From a virus (Duplodnaviria > Caudoviricetes): a stretch of DNA of 34,797 nucleotides. Each line of letters begins with the position of its first letter. Within the stretch, counting starts at the first letter, position 1. The notes under the pieces were generated by a model, which ran no database searches, had not been told where the DNA came from, and saw nothing but the letters and a program-made list of their open reading frames with translations. The position numbers were made by a program, and so were the translations under genes. The DNA is taken from positions 1 to 34,797 of the IMG/VR virus record IMGVR_UViG_3300012942_000093. One strand, written 5' to 3'. This document shows positions 25,986 through 34,233 of this stretch, in pieces.

Positions 25986-27845
25986 ATGAACCCCAACGAC
26001 CCAAACTCTATATCTAGCTATCAGGACTTATCGCAAGTTAACAACACCCCTAGCGGGCCTAATAAGCCAGGTGATTTTTGGTCAACGGTCGGTGGTATAG
26101 CTTTACCTGTGCTTGGTGCACTCCTAGCGCCAGAAACGGGAGGGGCATCCTTACTCGCTAGCACCGCCCTATCTGGGCTAGGTAGTGCTGCAGGTAAGGC
26201 GGTGGATGAGGGTGTATCTGGTGGAGAGTCATCACCTGGAGATATTCTTAGCGCTGGTCTTACGGGAGCTGCTGGAAACCTAGCAGGTGGAGCACTAGTA
26301 AAGGGAGCTGGAAAAGTCCTTAAGGGTGTGGTTAAGCCAGCTGCAGATAAGGCAGCAACATCGCTTGTTCAAGGCCAGGGACAAGGCGCACTAGATAAAG
26401 CAACGTCCGATTACCTTTATAAGAATGGCGTTACCGACCTAAGACAAATGGGTGATATTCATCCTATTGTCACAGGGGAAGGCGGCGCTTTGAATAACGC
26501 AGTAAACAACTCCTTGCTTAACGCGGCTGATGAGGGAGCGCGACTCGACCTTAGTAGCCTTGCTCCCGTTGGGAAAGGTGCACCGGGCAATACTGTACTC
26601 AATGCTGTGCGCGAGGCGGGAATCGCGGGTGATTCTAACTCAGTGAAAGGTGTACAAGAGTTTATTCAAGGGCAACTCGAAAAGTATAATCCTGATGCGA
26701 TTAAAAGCGTAGCGCCGAAGAGAGGAGGAGGCGTTGTAAACAGTTTTGATAATGGTGTTCTTAACGCGCAACATCCTCTCGACGCATTAAATATGACTAA
26801 AGCTATGGATAGTCGGGCAGCAGCATGGCTAAAATCTTCGTCTCCTAACATCCAAGCTCAAGGAAAAGCACTACGGAACGTATCGAACACTATTAAGGAC
26901 AATCTCTATGGTGAGAGGACCTCTATCGGTCAGACTGGCATCACTGACCAAGTACGAAAAACTGCTATAGATGAACTCGCACCCCTTAAAGATATAAATC
27001 CTACTTACTATGAAGCGAAAGTTAATGAACTGAATGGTGCTAAAACTATTGGCGAACTCCGCACTGCTCAAAAGCCAGAGGTAATTGCTAACCAGGCATT
27101 AGAGTTCGCTCAGAATAAAGCCAATACAACAGGTGGTACTAACTTACCTGAACTATTCAAGGTTGGGGCACCTGTAGCTGGTATGTCTGTTGGTGGTCCT
27201 GCTGGCCTAGCCGCAGGTATGATCGCACCTAAAGTTCTCGGCTCAAATGCTGCTAACGTAGCAGGTGCCGGTACGCTCGCTAAGCTATCTAAGACTATCG
27301 GTAATGAGAAAGCACAGAAAGTTATGGACACACTCGGACGAGCTGGAGGTGTTCTAGCAGCTAATGCTCCTAATATGGGTGCTGCACCAGTAGAAAGCTT
27401 ACCTAACACATCTTTACAAGGAGAAACTATGAACGGAGGTCAACCCCAGAATCAGAATACTATCAATGCTCTCTTGCAGACCATGTTAACTCATCCATCC
27501 ATATATGGTGGCCAAATGGGCGGAGTGTTATCCTCTATCGCACCTCAGCTTCAAAGTAACGCTATACTACAAGGTGAAATCGGCGCACTACCTGGTGGCA
27601 TAGCCAATGCTGGTGGCGCACAAGGCCTAGGTGGTATCGGTAGTGTTATATCCGGCCTCGTACCAGGAACCGCTGCGAACGCCTACCGAGGTCAACAAGC
27701 GGCTGTTGCAGCTCAGCTTGCTAAGACTCTCGGCATTTCTCCTGAGGCGGCACAGCAACTTCTTCCTAGTCTTCTGCAAAACGAACAAACTGCCGGAATG
27801 CGGCAGAATGTTCTTGGTGGTATCGCTGGGGCTTTGCCTAGCTAA
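25986..27845 (+). CDS. internal virion/DNA ejection protein (putative)
   Basis: Gly/Ala-rich hydrophobic segments (LAPETGGASL, GGPAGLAAG). Confidence 0.6.
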   Translation: MNPNDPNSISSYQDLSQVNNTPSGPNKPGDFWSTVGGIALPVLGALLAPETGGASLLASTALSGLGSAAGKAVDEGVSGGESSPGDILSAGLTGAAGNLAGGALVKGAGKVLKGVVKPAADKAATSLVQGQGQGALDKATSDYLYKNGVTDLRQMGDIHPIVTGEGGALNNAVNNSLLNAADEGARLDLSSLAPVGKGAPGNTVLNAVREAGIAGDSNSVKGVQEFIQGQLEKYNPDAIKSVAPKRGGGVVNSFDNGVLNAQHPLDALNMTKAMDSRAAAWLKSSSPNIQAQGKALRNVSNTIKDNLYGERTSIGQTGITDQVRKTAIDELAPLKDINPTYYEAKVNELNGAKTIGELRTAQKPEVIANQALEFAQNKANTTGGTNLPELFKVGAPVAGMSVGGPAGLAAGMIAPKVLGSNAANVAGAGTLAKLSKTIGNEKAQKVMDTLGRAGGVLAANAPNMGAAPVESLPNTSLQGETMNGGQPQNQNTINALLQTMLTHPSIYGGQMGGVLSSIAPQLQSNAILQGEIGALPGGIANAGGAQGLGGIGSVISGLVPGTAANAYRGQQAAVAAQLAKTLGISPEAAQQLLPSLLQNEQTAGMRQNVLGGIAGALPS

Positions 27846-28086
27846 GCTTCTTAATGGTCAGTTCTCTATCTGGAGACTTAAGGTCAATGCTAAATTCAAG
27901 TTCATCGTCTAGCGAGTAGCCTAACTTTACGGCTACCTGCTTTATATATTCGGTTTTTAGCTGATTAAACCAGTAGTCACTACCTCTTTGTACATTGTCT
28001 AGGTTTGTGAGGTATTGGAAGTCCACGTCATCAATAGTATACTTTTTCTCTACTTCTTCGATTTGTTTTTTAATCTTTTGGCTCAT
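27838..28086 (-). CDS. hypothetical protein
   Basis: Last gene of the inverted operon; AAGGAGG SD. Confidence 0.7.
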   Translation of the reverse strand: MSQKIKKQIEEVEKKYTIDDVDFQYLTNLDNVQRGSDYWFNQLKTEYIKQVAVKLGYSLDDELEFSIDLKSPDRELTIKKLS

Positions 28087-28327
28087 AGTCCTCCTTCTTA
28101 ATGATTTTTATACCGCGGAATGTAATTTCACCGAGCATATGATATGGAGATGATAACATTTTTGATACCTCTTTTTTAAGCCTTTTATATGTGGCATCGG
28201 TAACCACTATAATATCTGGACGCGAAGATAATTTACCGGCCACTGTTCTATCATCTATCTCTTTGCTTATATATTTTGATACAGGAGACGGTATATCTTC
28301 TGAAAACATAAGAATAAGTTGACTCAT
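28070..28327 (-). CDS. hypothetical protein
   Basis: ATGA coupling. Confidence 0.65.
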   Translation of the reverse strand: MSQLILMFSEDIPSPVSKYISKEIDDRTVAGKLSSRPDIIVVTDATYKRLKKEVSKMLSSPYHMLGEITFRGIKIIKKEDYEPKD

Positions 28328-28572
28328 AATTCTCTCTCAATCCTTTTAATTACATCTTCGCTAAAATACTTTTTGGATTCCTCAGGGTAGTTTTTAATAA
28401 ACTCTGGGTTCGCCTTACTATCTTTATAGGGTTGGATAATCTCTTTAGAGAATTGTTTGCGTTCCATATCGTGACGCCATTCCTTATGGGTTGGGTTTAC
28501 ATCAAAACCCATTGGTTTATCCTCCCCACGGTGGTACTTTCCATCAGAGCCAATATATCCTGTTGAGGTCAT
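28324..28572 (-). CDS. hypothetical protein
   Basis: ATGA coupling. Confidence 0.7.
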   Translation of the reverse strand: MTSTGYIGSDGKYHRGEDKPMGFDVNPTHKEWRHDMERKQFSKEIIQPYKDSKANPEFIKNYPEESKKYFSEDVIKRIEREL

Positions 28573-28808
28573 ATATTCCTAATCCTTGCCTGTTCCTCAC
28601 GTTCTATCTGGTCAGGAGTTTTAGGGGACACGATGTATGATTGTTCAGTAACATCAGCATACCCAGGACGGAGAGGAGTTATTACTCTAGCCTCTGGTTC
28701 GGGGTCGCGATTCCATATATTTCTCGCTAACTCTAGTATACGGTGCAAGTACAGACCGATGTGTACACCTGTCGAAAGTCCAATTAAAATTCCCACTATA
28801 AGTTCCAT
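28569..28808 (-). CDS. small protein with N-terminal membrane anchor
   Basis: Start revised to ATG 28808 (MELIVGILIGL), just after the groEL stop, with AAGGAG SD. Confidence 0.7.
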   Translation of the reverse strand: MELIVGILIGLSTGVHIGLYLHRILELARNIWNRDPEPEARVITPLRPGYADVTEQSYIVSPKTPDQIEREEQARIRNI

Positions 28809-28809
28809 A

Positions 28810-30333
28810 CTACTCCTTGTCTGGGTCTGGTAGTGCGGCACTTGCCGTAATGAGGCCCCTTACTAGTGCAATAGCGTTTGTCGCTACTTCTGAAATGACT
28901 AATGATGGGTCAATGACGCCTTCTTCTAGCATATCTACAGGTTTGTCTGTGATGTTGCGGAGGTTGAAACCTTGCCATACGTCTGCCTCTTCTAGTTTAG
29001 CAAGGTAAGATTCTGGATTAAGACCGGCGTTATCGAAGAGTGCCTTAAATGGTTGTTTAAATGCCTCATCAAACTCAGTGCCTTTTACTCGGGCGAGCGT
29101 AGAACCACCACCTGGTAGGATTCCGTCTTTCATCGCGCTCTGAACTGCACAAACGGCATCTTGAACACGCAATTTAGTCTCTTCGCGCTCAAATTCAATC
29201 GCACCACCCACGCGGATGATAGCCATTTTACCCGTGAGACGTGCGAGGCGTTCCTTGATGAACTGGATGGATTGCGGATGCTCTTCTTCTGCGAGTTGCT
29301 TCCTGAGGCTCTCGATACGCTCCTTTACCTCTTTATCATCGCTATCGCCTTGTAAGATGGTAGTTGAGTGTTCAGTGACAAGGACTTCACTAGCAAACCC
29401 TAAGTGTGCTTCAGGAGAGAAGTTTACACCATCATATACAGTCGCACCTGTCTTGAGTGCAATGTCATCGAGGAAGAGTGTACGACCACCTACGGTATAT
29501 GGAGGGTCGATAGGGACAGCTAGAAGAAGACCTTTCGCGCGGGTCATTACAAGAGTTTCAAGGGCTGCATTATTGACTTCGCCAACAATAACAAGTTCTT
29601 TTATACCTTTCCTCACAATACTATTAAGGAGTTCGCCAATTTCAACTTCTGTATTAAAAGCCTTGTTAGATACGAGGATAGCCACATCTTTATGAAGAGA
29701 CTGATTTGAAGATTGGTCGTTAATGAGTGCAGTATCTTTATATCCTCTAGGAAAATAGAAGCCATCTACGATGTCGTTGTGGACACCGAGACCCTCGTAC
29801 TGTTCAATCATCACACCACCATCTACCCCAACTTCTTGGAGGACATCTGAAATCATCGCTCCTAGCTCAGGGTCGCCCGCAGAAACCGTGGCGACTTTTT
29901 GTAAGTCTTCCTCGGTGGTTTTCTTTTTAATAGAGTCGATGTATTCGAGTACTTTCTTTTCGGCTTGTCGGAGTTTCTCTGAAACCTCCATAGGATTTAC
30001 ACCCTTACTCTCAAGCTTTCGAGCAGCCTGTAAGAGGTGGTGTGAGAGAATAACGACTGCGGTTGTTCCATCGCCTACCTTTTGGTTGTTCTTTTCAGAA
30101 GCTTCTACGATTACTTTCGCAATGTCATCCTCGATTGCATCGGCGAGTTTGATACGCTTAATGTTCGTTACGCCATCCCTTGAGAGAAGTGGTGCGCCCG
30201 ATTTAAACCCTACGATAACATTACCAGCCTTTGGCCCATAAGCGGCTTTAGCTACTTTATATACTTGCTCGCTAGCACTAGCAGTCTTATTCTGTAGTAC
30301 GTCTCTGTCAGTTACGATGTCCGTTGCTTTCAT
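28810..30333 (-). CDS. groEL: chaperonin GroEL (Cpn60), divergent phage-encoded
   Basis: YGPK, DGVT, GDGTT, ERLARL, IRVGG, RVQDA, GILPGGG, GVIDP. Confidence 0.95.
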   Translation of the reverse strand: MKATDIVTDRDVLQNKTASASEQVYKVAKAAYGPKAGNVIVGFKSGAPLLSRDGVTNIKRIKLADAIEDDIAKVIVEASEKNNQKVGDGTTAVVILSHHLLQAARKLESKGVNPMEVSEKLRQAEKKVLEYIDSIKKKTTEEDLQKVATVSAGDPELGAMISDVLQEVGVDGGVMIEQYEGLGVHNDIVDGFYFPRGYKDTALINDQSSNQSLHKDVAILVSNKAFNTEVEIGELLNSIVRKGIKELVIVGEVNNAALETLVMTRAKGLLLAVPIDPPYTVGGRTLFLDDIALKTGATVYDGVNFSPEAHLGFASEVLVTEHSTTILQGDSDDKEVKERIESLRKQLAEEEHPQSIQFIKERLARLTGKMAIIRVGGAIEFEREETKLRVQDAVCAVQSAMKDGILPGGGSTLARVKGTEFDEAFKQPFKALFDNAGLNPESYLAKLEEADVWQGFNLRNITDKPVDMLEEGVIDPSLVISEVATNAIALVRGLITASAALPDPDKE

Positions 30334-30608
30334 TCTTCTGAAGTCCCATCTATATCATTTATTAAAATAAGTGCTAGTTTCTCTCCAGTAGGAAGAACGC
30401 CAACTCTTAGGTCATCCTTGTATAGTTTCCAGTAACCTATTTTTCCTACAAGATACCCATACGAATCTTTATCTTTTTCATTGACTGATAGTATCGTACC
30501 GCTCGTTACACTATCATAAGTTTTCTCTGGCACTGGAATAGCGCCATATTCAGAAGTTTCGAGTCTGACGAGCACACGTCCTTCTTGGGGTTCGATCACT
30601 CTTTGCAT
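30330..30608 (-). CDS. groES: co-chaperonin GroES-like (Cpn10)
   Basis: IEPQEGRVLVR...IPVPE...SGTILSV...LILINDIDG mirrors the GroES layout; ATGA-coupled to groEL. Confidence 0.8.
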   Translation of the reverse strand: MQRVIEPQEGRVLVRLETSEYGAIPVPEKTYDSVTSGTILSVNEKDKDSYGYLVGKIGYWKLYKDDLRVGVLPTGEKLALILINDIDGTSEE

Positions 30609-30670
30609 ACCTCGCACTATACTATATAATCACCTTATAAGGCAACAGCCGCGTCAGTGCGGTTGTTTTT
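30603..30670 (+). promoter_or_regulatory. late leader copy 6
   Basis: TTGCAT-16-TATAAT-N6-ATAAGG-C; AACAGCCGC-gtcagt-GCGGTTGTT-TTT. Confidence 0.88.
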
Positions 30671-30683
30671 AATAGGAGAACCT

Positions 30684-30878
30684 ATGAAAGACATGAAGAA
30701 AGTACTATCAAAGGCTAAAGCAGCTAAAGAGGCTCGTGGTGGCAAAGATATGGGCAAAAAAGGCAAGAACTTCGATAAAATCGCAGATAAAGCCGGTAAA
30801 GAGTACGGCTCTAAAGAGGCCGGTGAACGTGTAGCAGGCGCGATGTTCCAGAAAATGAGGAAAGCGGGAAAACTCTAG
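30684..30878 (+). CDS. small Lys-rich basic protein
   Basis: ATG 30684 after AGGAG. Confidence 0.75.
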   Translation: MKDMKKVLSKAKAAKEARGGKDMGKKGKNFDKIADKAGKEYGSKEAGERVAGAMFQKMRKAGKL

Positions 30879-31244
30879 ATGAAAGTCGAAGTAGGGTCAT
30901 TTACCGTCAACAGCACAAATGTTCTGATTGACCTTAATGACTATACAATGAATGTTAGAGGTATTTCTTTTCAAGTCACTCCGAGTACAACGAGCAGCGC
31001 AGAGTCATCTACAGGATTTAGCGATGGTACACGTAACCGTTCTAAGTCAATTCTTGTAGACAGCACCAAACGTGAATCATACCGCTCTACAACTTACGCG
31101 ATTATGCATTATAGGAATGTCAGTGGTACAAGCACTCGTAAGCTCGCAGGATACGTCACAAGCTTTTCTCAAGGCGAGTTTGGAATGACTTTCGATAATT
31201 ACGATGCTACATTAACAGTTGACTTTATTGTATACGGGGACTAG
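30879..31244 (+). CDS. stand-alone domain resembling the fibre tip of 18230-18850
   Basis: Visual alignment to the C-terminal domain of the fibre tip protein. Confidence 0.6.
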   Translation: MKVEVGSFTVNSTNVLIDLNDYTMNVRGISFQVTPSTTSSAESSTGFSDGTRNRSKSILVDSTKRESYRSTTYAIMHYRNVSGTSTRKLAGYVTSFSQGEFGMTFDNYDATLTVDFIVYGD

Positions 31245-31246
31245 AC

Positions 31247-31561
31247 GTGGAACAACGCTCACAAGCAGAATCAGAACAGCCAGCCAAAGTATACCAGCTC
31301 GATGCCGTGATGAATAAAGTTCTAGAGGTAAATGGTAAACTTGACACGCTCCTCACCCAGACAAGTGGCCTCGTGACCACCTCGCAACTTTCCGCAAGTG
31401 AGCAAACCACCAATGAAAAGATTAAGGAAGAGATCGAAAAGATACATCTTGAGTATGGCCCTTTAAAAAGGAACATTAACTGGTTATTTAGGACAATTAT
31501 TGGCGAATCCGTAATTATTATTGGAGAGGCGATAATAATGTACCTCGCCTTAAAAAAATAA
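31247..31561 (+). CDS. coiled-coil membrane protein of the lysis cassette
   Basis: Coiled coil plus C-terminal hydrophobic segment. Confidence 0.6.
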   Translation: MEQRSQAESEQPAKVYQLDAVMNKVLEVNGKLDTLLTQTSGLVTTSQLSASEQTTNEKIKEEIEKIHLEYGPLKRNINWLFRTIIGESVIIIGEAIIMYLALKK

Positions 31562-32043
31562 TGAAAAAGCTGAGATATATAGCATGGTTCGTATTACTCA
31601 TAGCTTTAGCGGCAAGTGTGCTTACTACTTATATACTCATTCAACAACAAGGTTCTCTTAAAGAGAATCTAAAAGATGTTATTTCTTCACAGGTCCATTC
31701 AGAGATAAGCAATATTCCAACCCCTACAAATGGAACGGATGGTAAAAATGCCACTCCCGAACAGATAAGCCACGCTGTTAGCACCTATCTCGCGCAGAAC
31801 CCAATTAAAAATGGGTCTAACGGTACGAATGGCTCAAATGCAACAGACGAACAAGTACAGCAAGCAGTCAATAACTATTTAATAGCTAACCCTATAAAGA
31901 ACACTGACGGAAAAGATGGTATCGACGGGAAAACCCCACAGATACAATGTAACCTACTTAAAAACAGATGGGAGGTAAAGTATTCGGAAACAGATAATTG
32001 GCAGGTACTCAACGGCCAGATTGTTAAATGCGCAATAAATTAA
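31561..32043 (+). CDS. membrane-anchored protein with short collagen-like repeats
   Basis: N-terminal TM; GTDGKN, GSNGTNG, DGKDGIDGK; repeated AV..YL..NPIKN. Confidence 0.7.
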   Translation: MKKLRYIAWFVLLIALAASVLTTYILIQQQGSLKENLKDVISSQVHSEISNIPTPTNGTDGKNATPEQISHAVSTYLAQNPIKNGSNGTNGSNATDEQVQQAVNNYLIANPIKNTDGKDGIDGKTPQIQCNLLKNRWEVKYSETDNWQVLNGQIVKCAIN

Positions 32044-32054
32044 AGGAGATAAAT

Positions 32055-33239
32055 ATGCCAAGTATTGATTCAACAATTCAGTGGTACGAAGATAGAAAGG
32101 GTAAGGTAACTTACTCTATGACAGAACGTCGCGGCCCTAATAGCTACGATTGTTCTAGTGCGCTATATTTCTCTCTCATTCAAGGTGGGTTCTTACCATC
32201 AAACATCTATATCGGCAACACGGATACTCTGTTTAATGATTTAGAGCATAATGGATGGGTACAATTGCAACCAAACGCTCAGGGAAACTTTGATACTAAA
32301 CGCGGTGATGTATTTATATGGGGTATTAGGGGCAATTCCACAGGAAGTCTAGGACATACTGGTATATTTACGGACGAAGATAATATAGACCATTGTAGCT
32401 ACGGATATAACGGTATAGCGACTAGTAATTATGACTGGCTTCATTCAGTTAATGGTAATGTTCCCCAGACTTTCTACAGGTACAGCGGCACTACTCAGGG
32501 GATAGTTAATAATCCAACAGACCAAGTAGTAGAGATTGGTTCGTATATCGCGTTCGATCAGTCGTATACAGCTGATGATGTACAAGCTATTAGCGACGTT
32601 TGGCAAGTACGCACCAATGTTCTGTGTCCTGTTGGCTTTACTTGGGCTGATAATGGCATCCCTGCCGCTGCCGTAGTAGAAGTTGACTCAGATGGCTACG
32701 CTACTACCGACCAGGTGCTCGATATTGGTTCACATTATAAGATTCCTGGAAAGTTTCTTGTATCAGACGTTGGACAAAGTAGTGGACGATGGTTGGCTAA
32801 GATTGAATATAGTGGATTATCATTCTGGGTAGACCTTGAAACTGCTACAGAGGTATCGGGTGATAACTCAGGTACACCAGTTCCTATTGCACGTCCATTA
32901 CCTGTGCCGACAATATCATCACCAACCGCGCCACAACAACCCGTACATCAAGAAGAGCCAGAAAAGCCACCAGTTGTGAGCCAACCTCAAGATACAGCTA
33001 CACAAACACCTGCGGTCGGTAACACTGGCATACTACAGGATATGTACACTAAACTAGAGTCTAATAAGACGATACTAACTAATATCGTCATTACATTCTT
33101 ACAGACAGCTGGTGCAACGTGGGCTACTACAAACTTCTCTATGGATAGACTTGCTTTAGCTGGTGCGATTGGCGCAGGATTCTCTGCAGTATACAACTTG
33201 GTTCTAAAGCCTGCATTTAAAGCCCTGCTGAATAAATGA
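32055..33239 (+). CDS. endolysin (NlpC/P60 Amidase_5-like) with C-terminal holin-like segment
   Basis: VTYSM...GPNSYDCSS, RGDVFIWG, GHTG; AAGGAG SD before ATG 32055. Confidence 0.88.
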   Translation: MPSIDSTIQWYEDRKGKVTYSMTERRGPNSYDCSSALYFSLIQGGFLPSNIYIGNTDTLFNDLEHNGWVQLQPNAQGNFDTKRGDVFIWGIRGNSTGSLGHTGIFTDEDNIDHCSYGYNGIATSNYDWLHSVNGNVPQTFYRYSGTTQGIVNNPTDQVVEIGSYIAFDQSYTADDVQAISDVWQVRTNVLCPVGFTWADNGIPAAAVVEVDSDGYATTDQVLDIGSHYKIPGKFLVSDVGQSSGRWLAKIEYSGLSFWVDLETATEVSGDNSGTPVPIARPLPVPTISSPTAPQQPVHQEEPEKPPVVSQPQDTATQTPAVGNTGILQDMYTKLESNKTILTNIVITFLQTAGATWATTNFSMDRLALAGAIGAGFSAVYNLVLKPAFKALLNK

Positions 33240-33439
33240 AAGAGCTCACGGAGTTTTTAGTACAGAACTTTGGGTACCCTTATGGTGGGCTCTACTCAAA
33301 CCTGATTGCCTCTGCCATACTTGCTGGATTAGGGTATCTATGGGGACGAAGAGCGGAGTCTAACCACGAGCGCAGGCACCAGGAAGCGTTAGAGATGCAC
33401 CGCAAAACTCATGAATTACTAGACAAGAAGAAAAAGTAA
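33236..33439 (+). CDS. small membrane protein, holin/antiholin candidate
   Basis: One TM, charged basic tail, ATGA overlap with the endolysin. Confidence 0.55.
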   Translation: MKELTEFLVQNFGYPYGGLYSNLIASAILAGLGYLWGRRAESNHERRHQEALEMHRKTHELLDKKKK

Positions 33440-33440
33440 G

Positions 33441-33769
33441 TTTACAATAGAATAGTTCGAACAAGTTAAACCCCTCCTAAGTACACGGAGGGGTTCTTTC
33501 TTTACCTGCTACACGTACTATATACACATAACGGGTCTCTCCCTACTACTTAGGAAGTTAACCGTAAAACCCTCTACAATCTATTCTCACTACCAGACAA
33601 TGCTCTAAGGACTACTCCTTGCTTGCCAGTTCCGATCTGTCTCAACTGATAGTTCAATAGTTCAGTACTTAGTAAGTCGGGGAAACTTAACATTTAATCA
33701 CGGCGTTTCCCAAGCCTGTAAGTACTGCACCGGCAGTTTTATATAGGCTGCGAACTATTTTATTGTAAA
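33441..33769. repeat. 19-bp inverted repeat bracketing a structured non-coding segment
   Basis: TTTACAATAGAATAGTTCG (33441-33459) vs CGAACTATTTTATTGTAAA (33751-33769), 18/19. Confidence 0.85.
33469..33503 (+). terminator. intrinsic terminator of the lysis operon
   Basis: AACCCCTCC-9 nt-GGAGGGGTT-CTTTCTTT. Confidence 0.8.
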
Positions 33770-33774
33770 AGTAT

Positions 33775-33844
33775 TTGCATATAAATCTGTAGATGCTATA
33801 ATAAGAGCATCTACGAAACGTACCTGGCTTAACCGCCAGGTTTT
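33775..33844 (+). promoter_or_regulatory. promoter with overlapping palindrome and immediate hairpin
   Basis: TTGCAT-16-TATAAT with TG; GTAGATGCT/AGCATCTAC; ACCTGGC-ttaacc-GCCAGGT-TTT. Confidence 0.7.
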
Positions 33845-34069
33845 ATATATACCCCCTACTAAGTTTTTCTACGAAACGTTTCAGTTATTTATATTATACC
33901 ACAGCCAAGCAAAAAGCCTGTGGACTTTTTTTGATGAGGGTAAGTAATCAAAAGGGAGGACCACAGGCTTGCAAGTTTTTGAACTACACACGAAAAACCA
34001 CCACATGCAGATTCCGTGTATTAGTATAAGGTACGCAGCTGTAGGGAGCTGATACTTGCATCATACACC

Positions 34070-34098
34070 AAAAAACGCCCCGTGGGAATGGGGCGTTT
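34070..34098. terminator. intrinsic terminator (best on the minus strand)
   Basis: AAAAAACGCCCC-8 nt-GGGGCGTTT. Confidence 0.7.
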
Positions 34099-34177
34099 AG
34101 AGAGTTGAAAGGATGTGACCAAACTATTTAACAACTCCGGTAAATAATACCATACGGAAATTAAATAGCCAATAGTA

Positions 34178-34206
34178 TTGCATCGTAATACCACTTGTGC
34201 TACAAT
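34178..34206 (+). promoter_or_regulatory. sigma70-type early promoter
   Basis: TTGCAT-17-TACAAT with extended TG. Confidence 0.8.
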
Positions 34207-34233
34207 AAGGATAACAAGAAAGGAAATGACCAA

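Noticed and set aside
28633-30241. Plus-strand ORFs opposite groEL
   Set aside because: Antisense shadows of a clearly conserved gene
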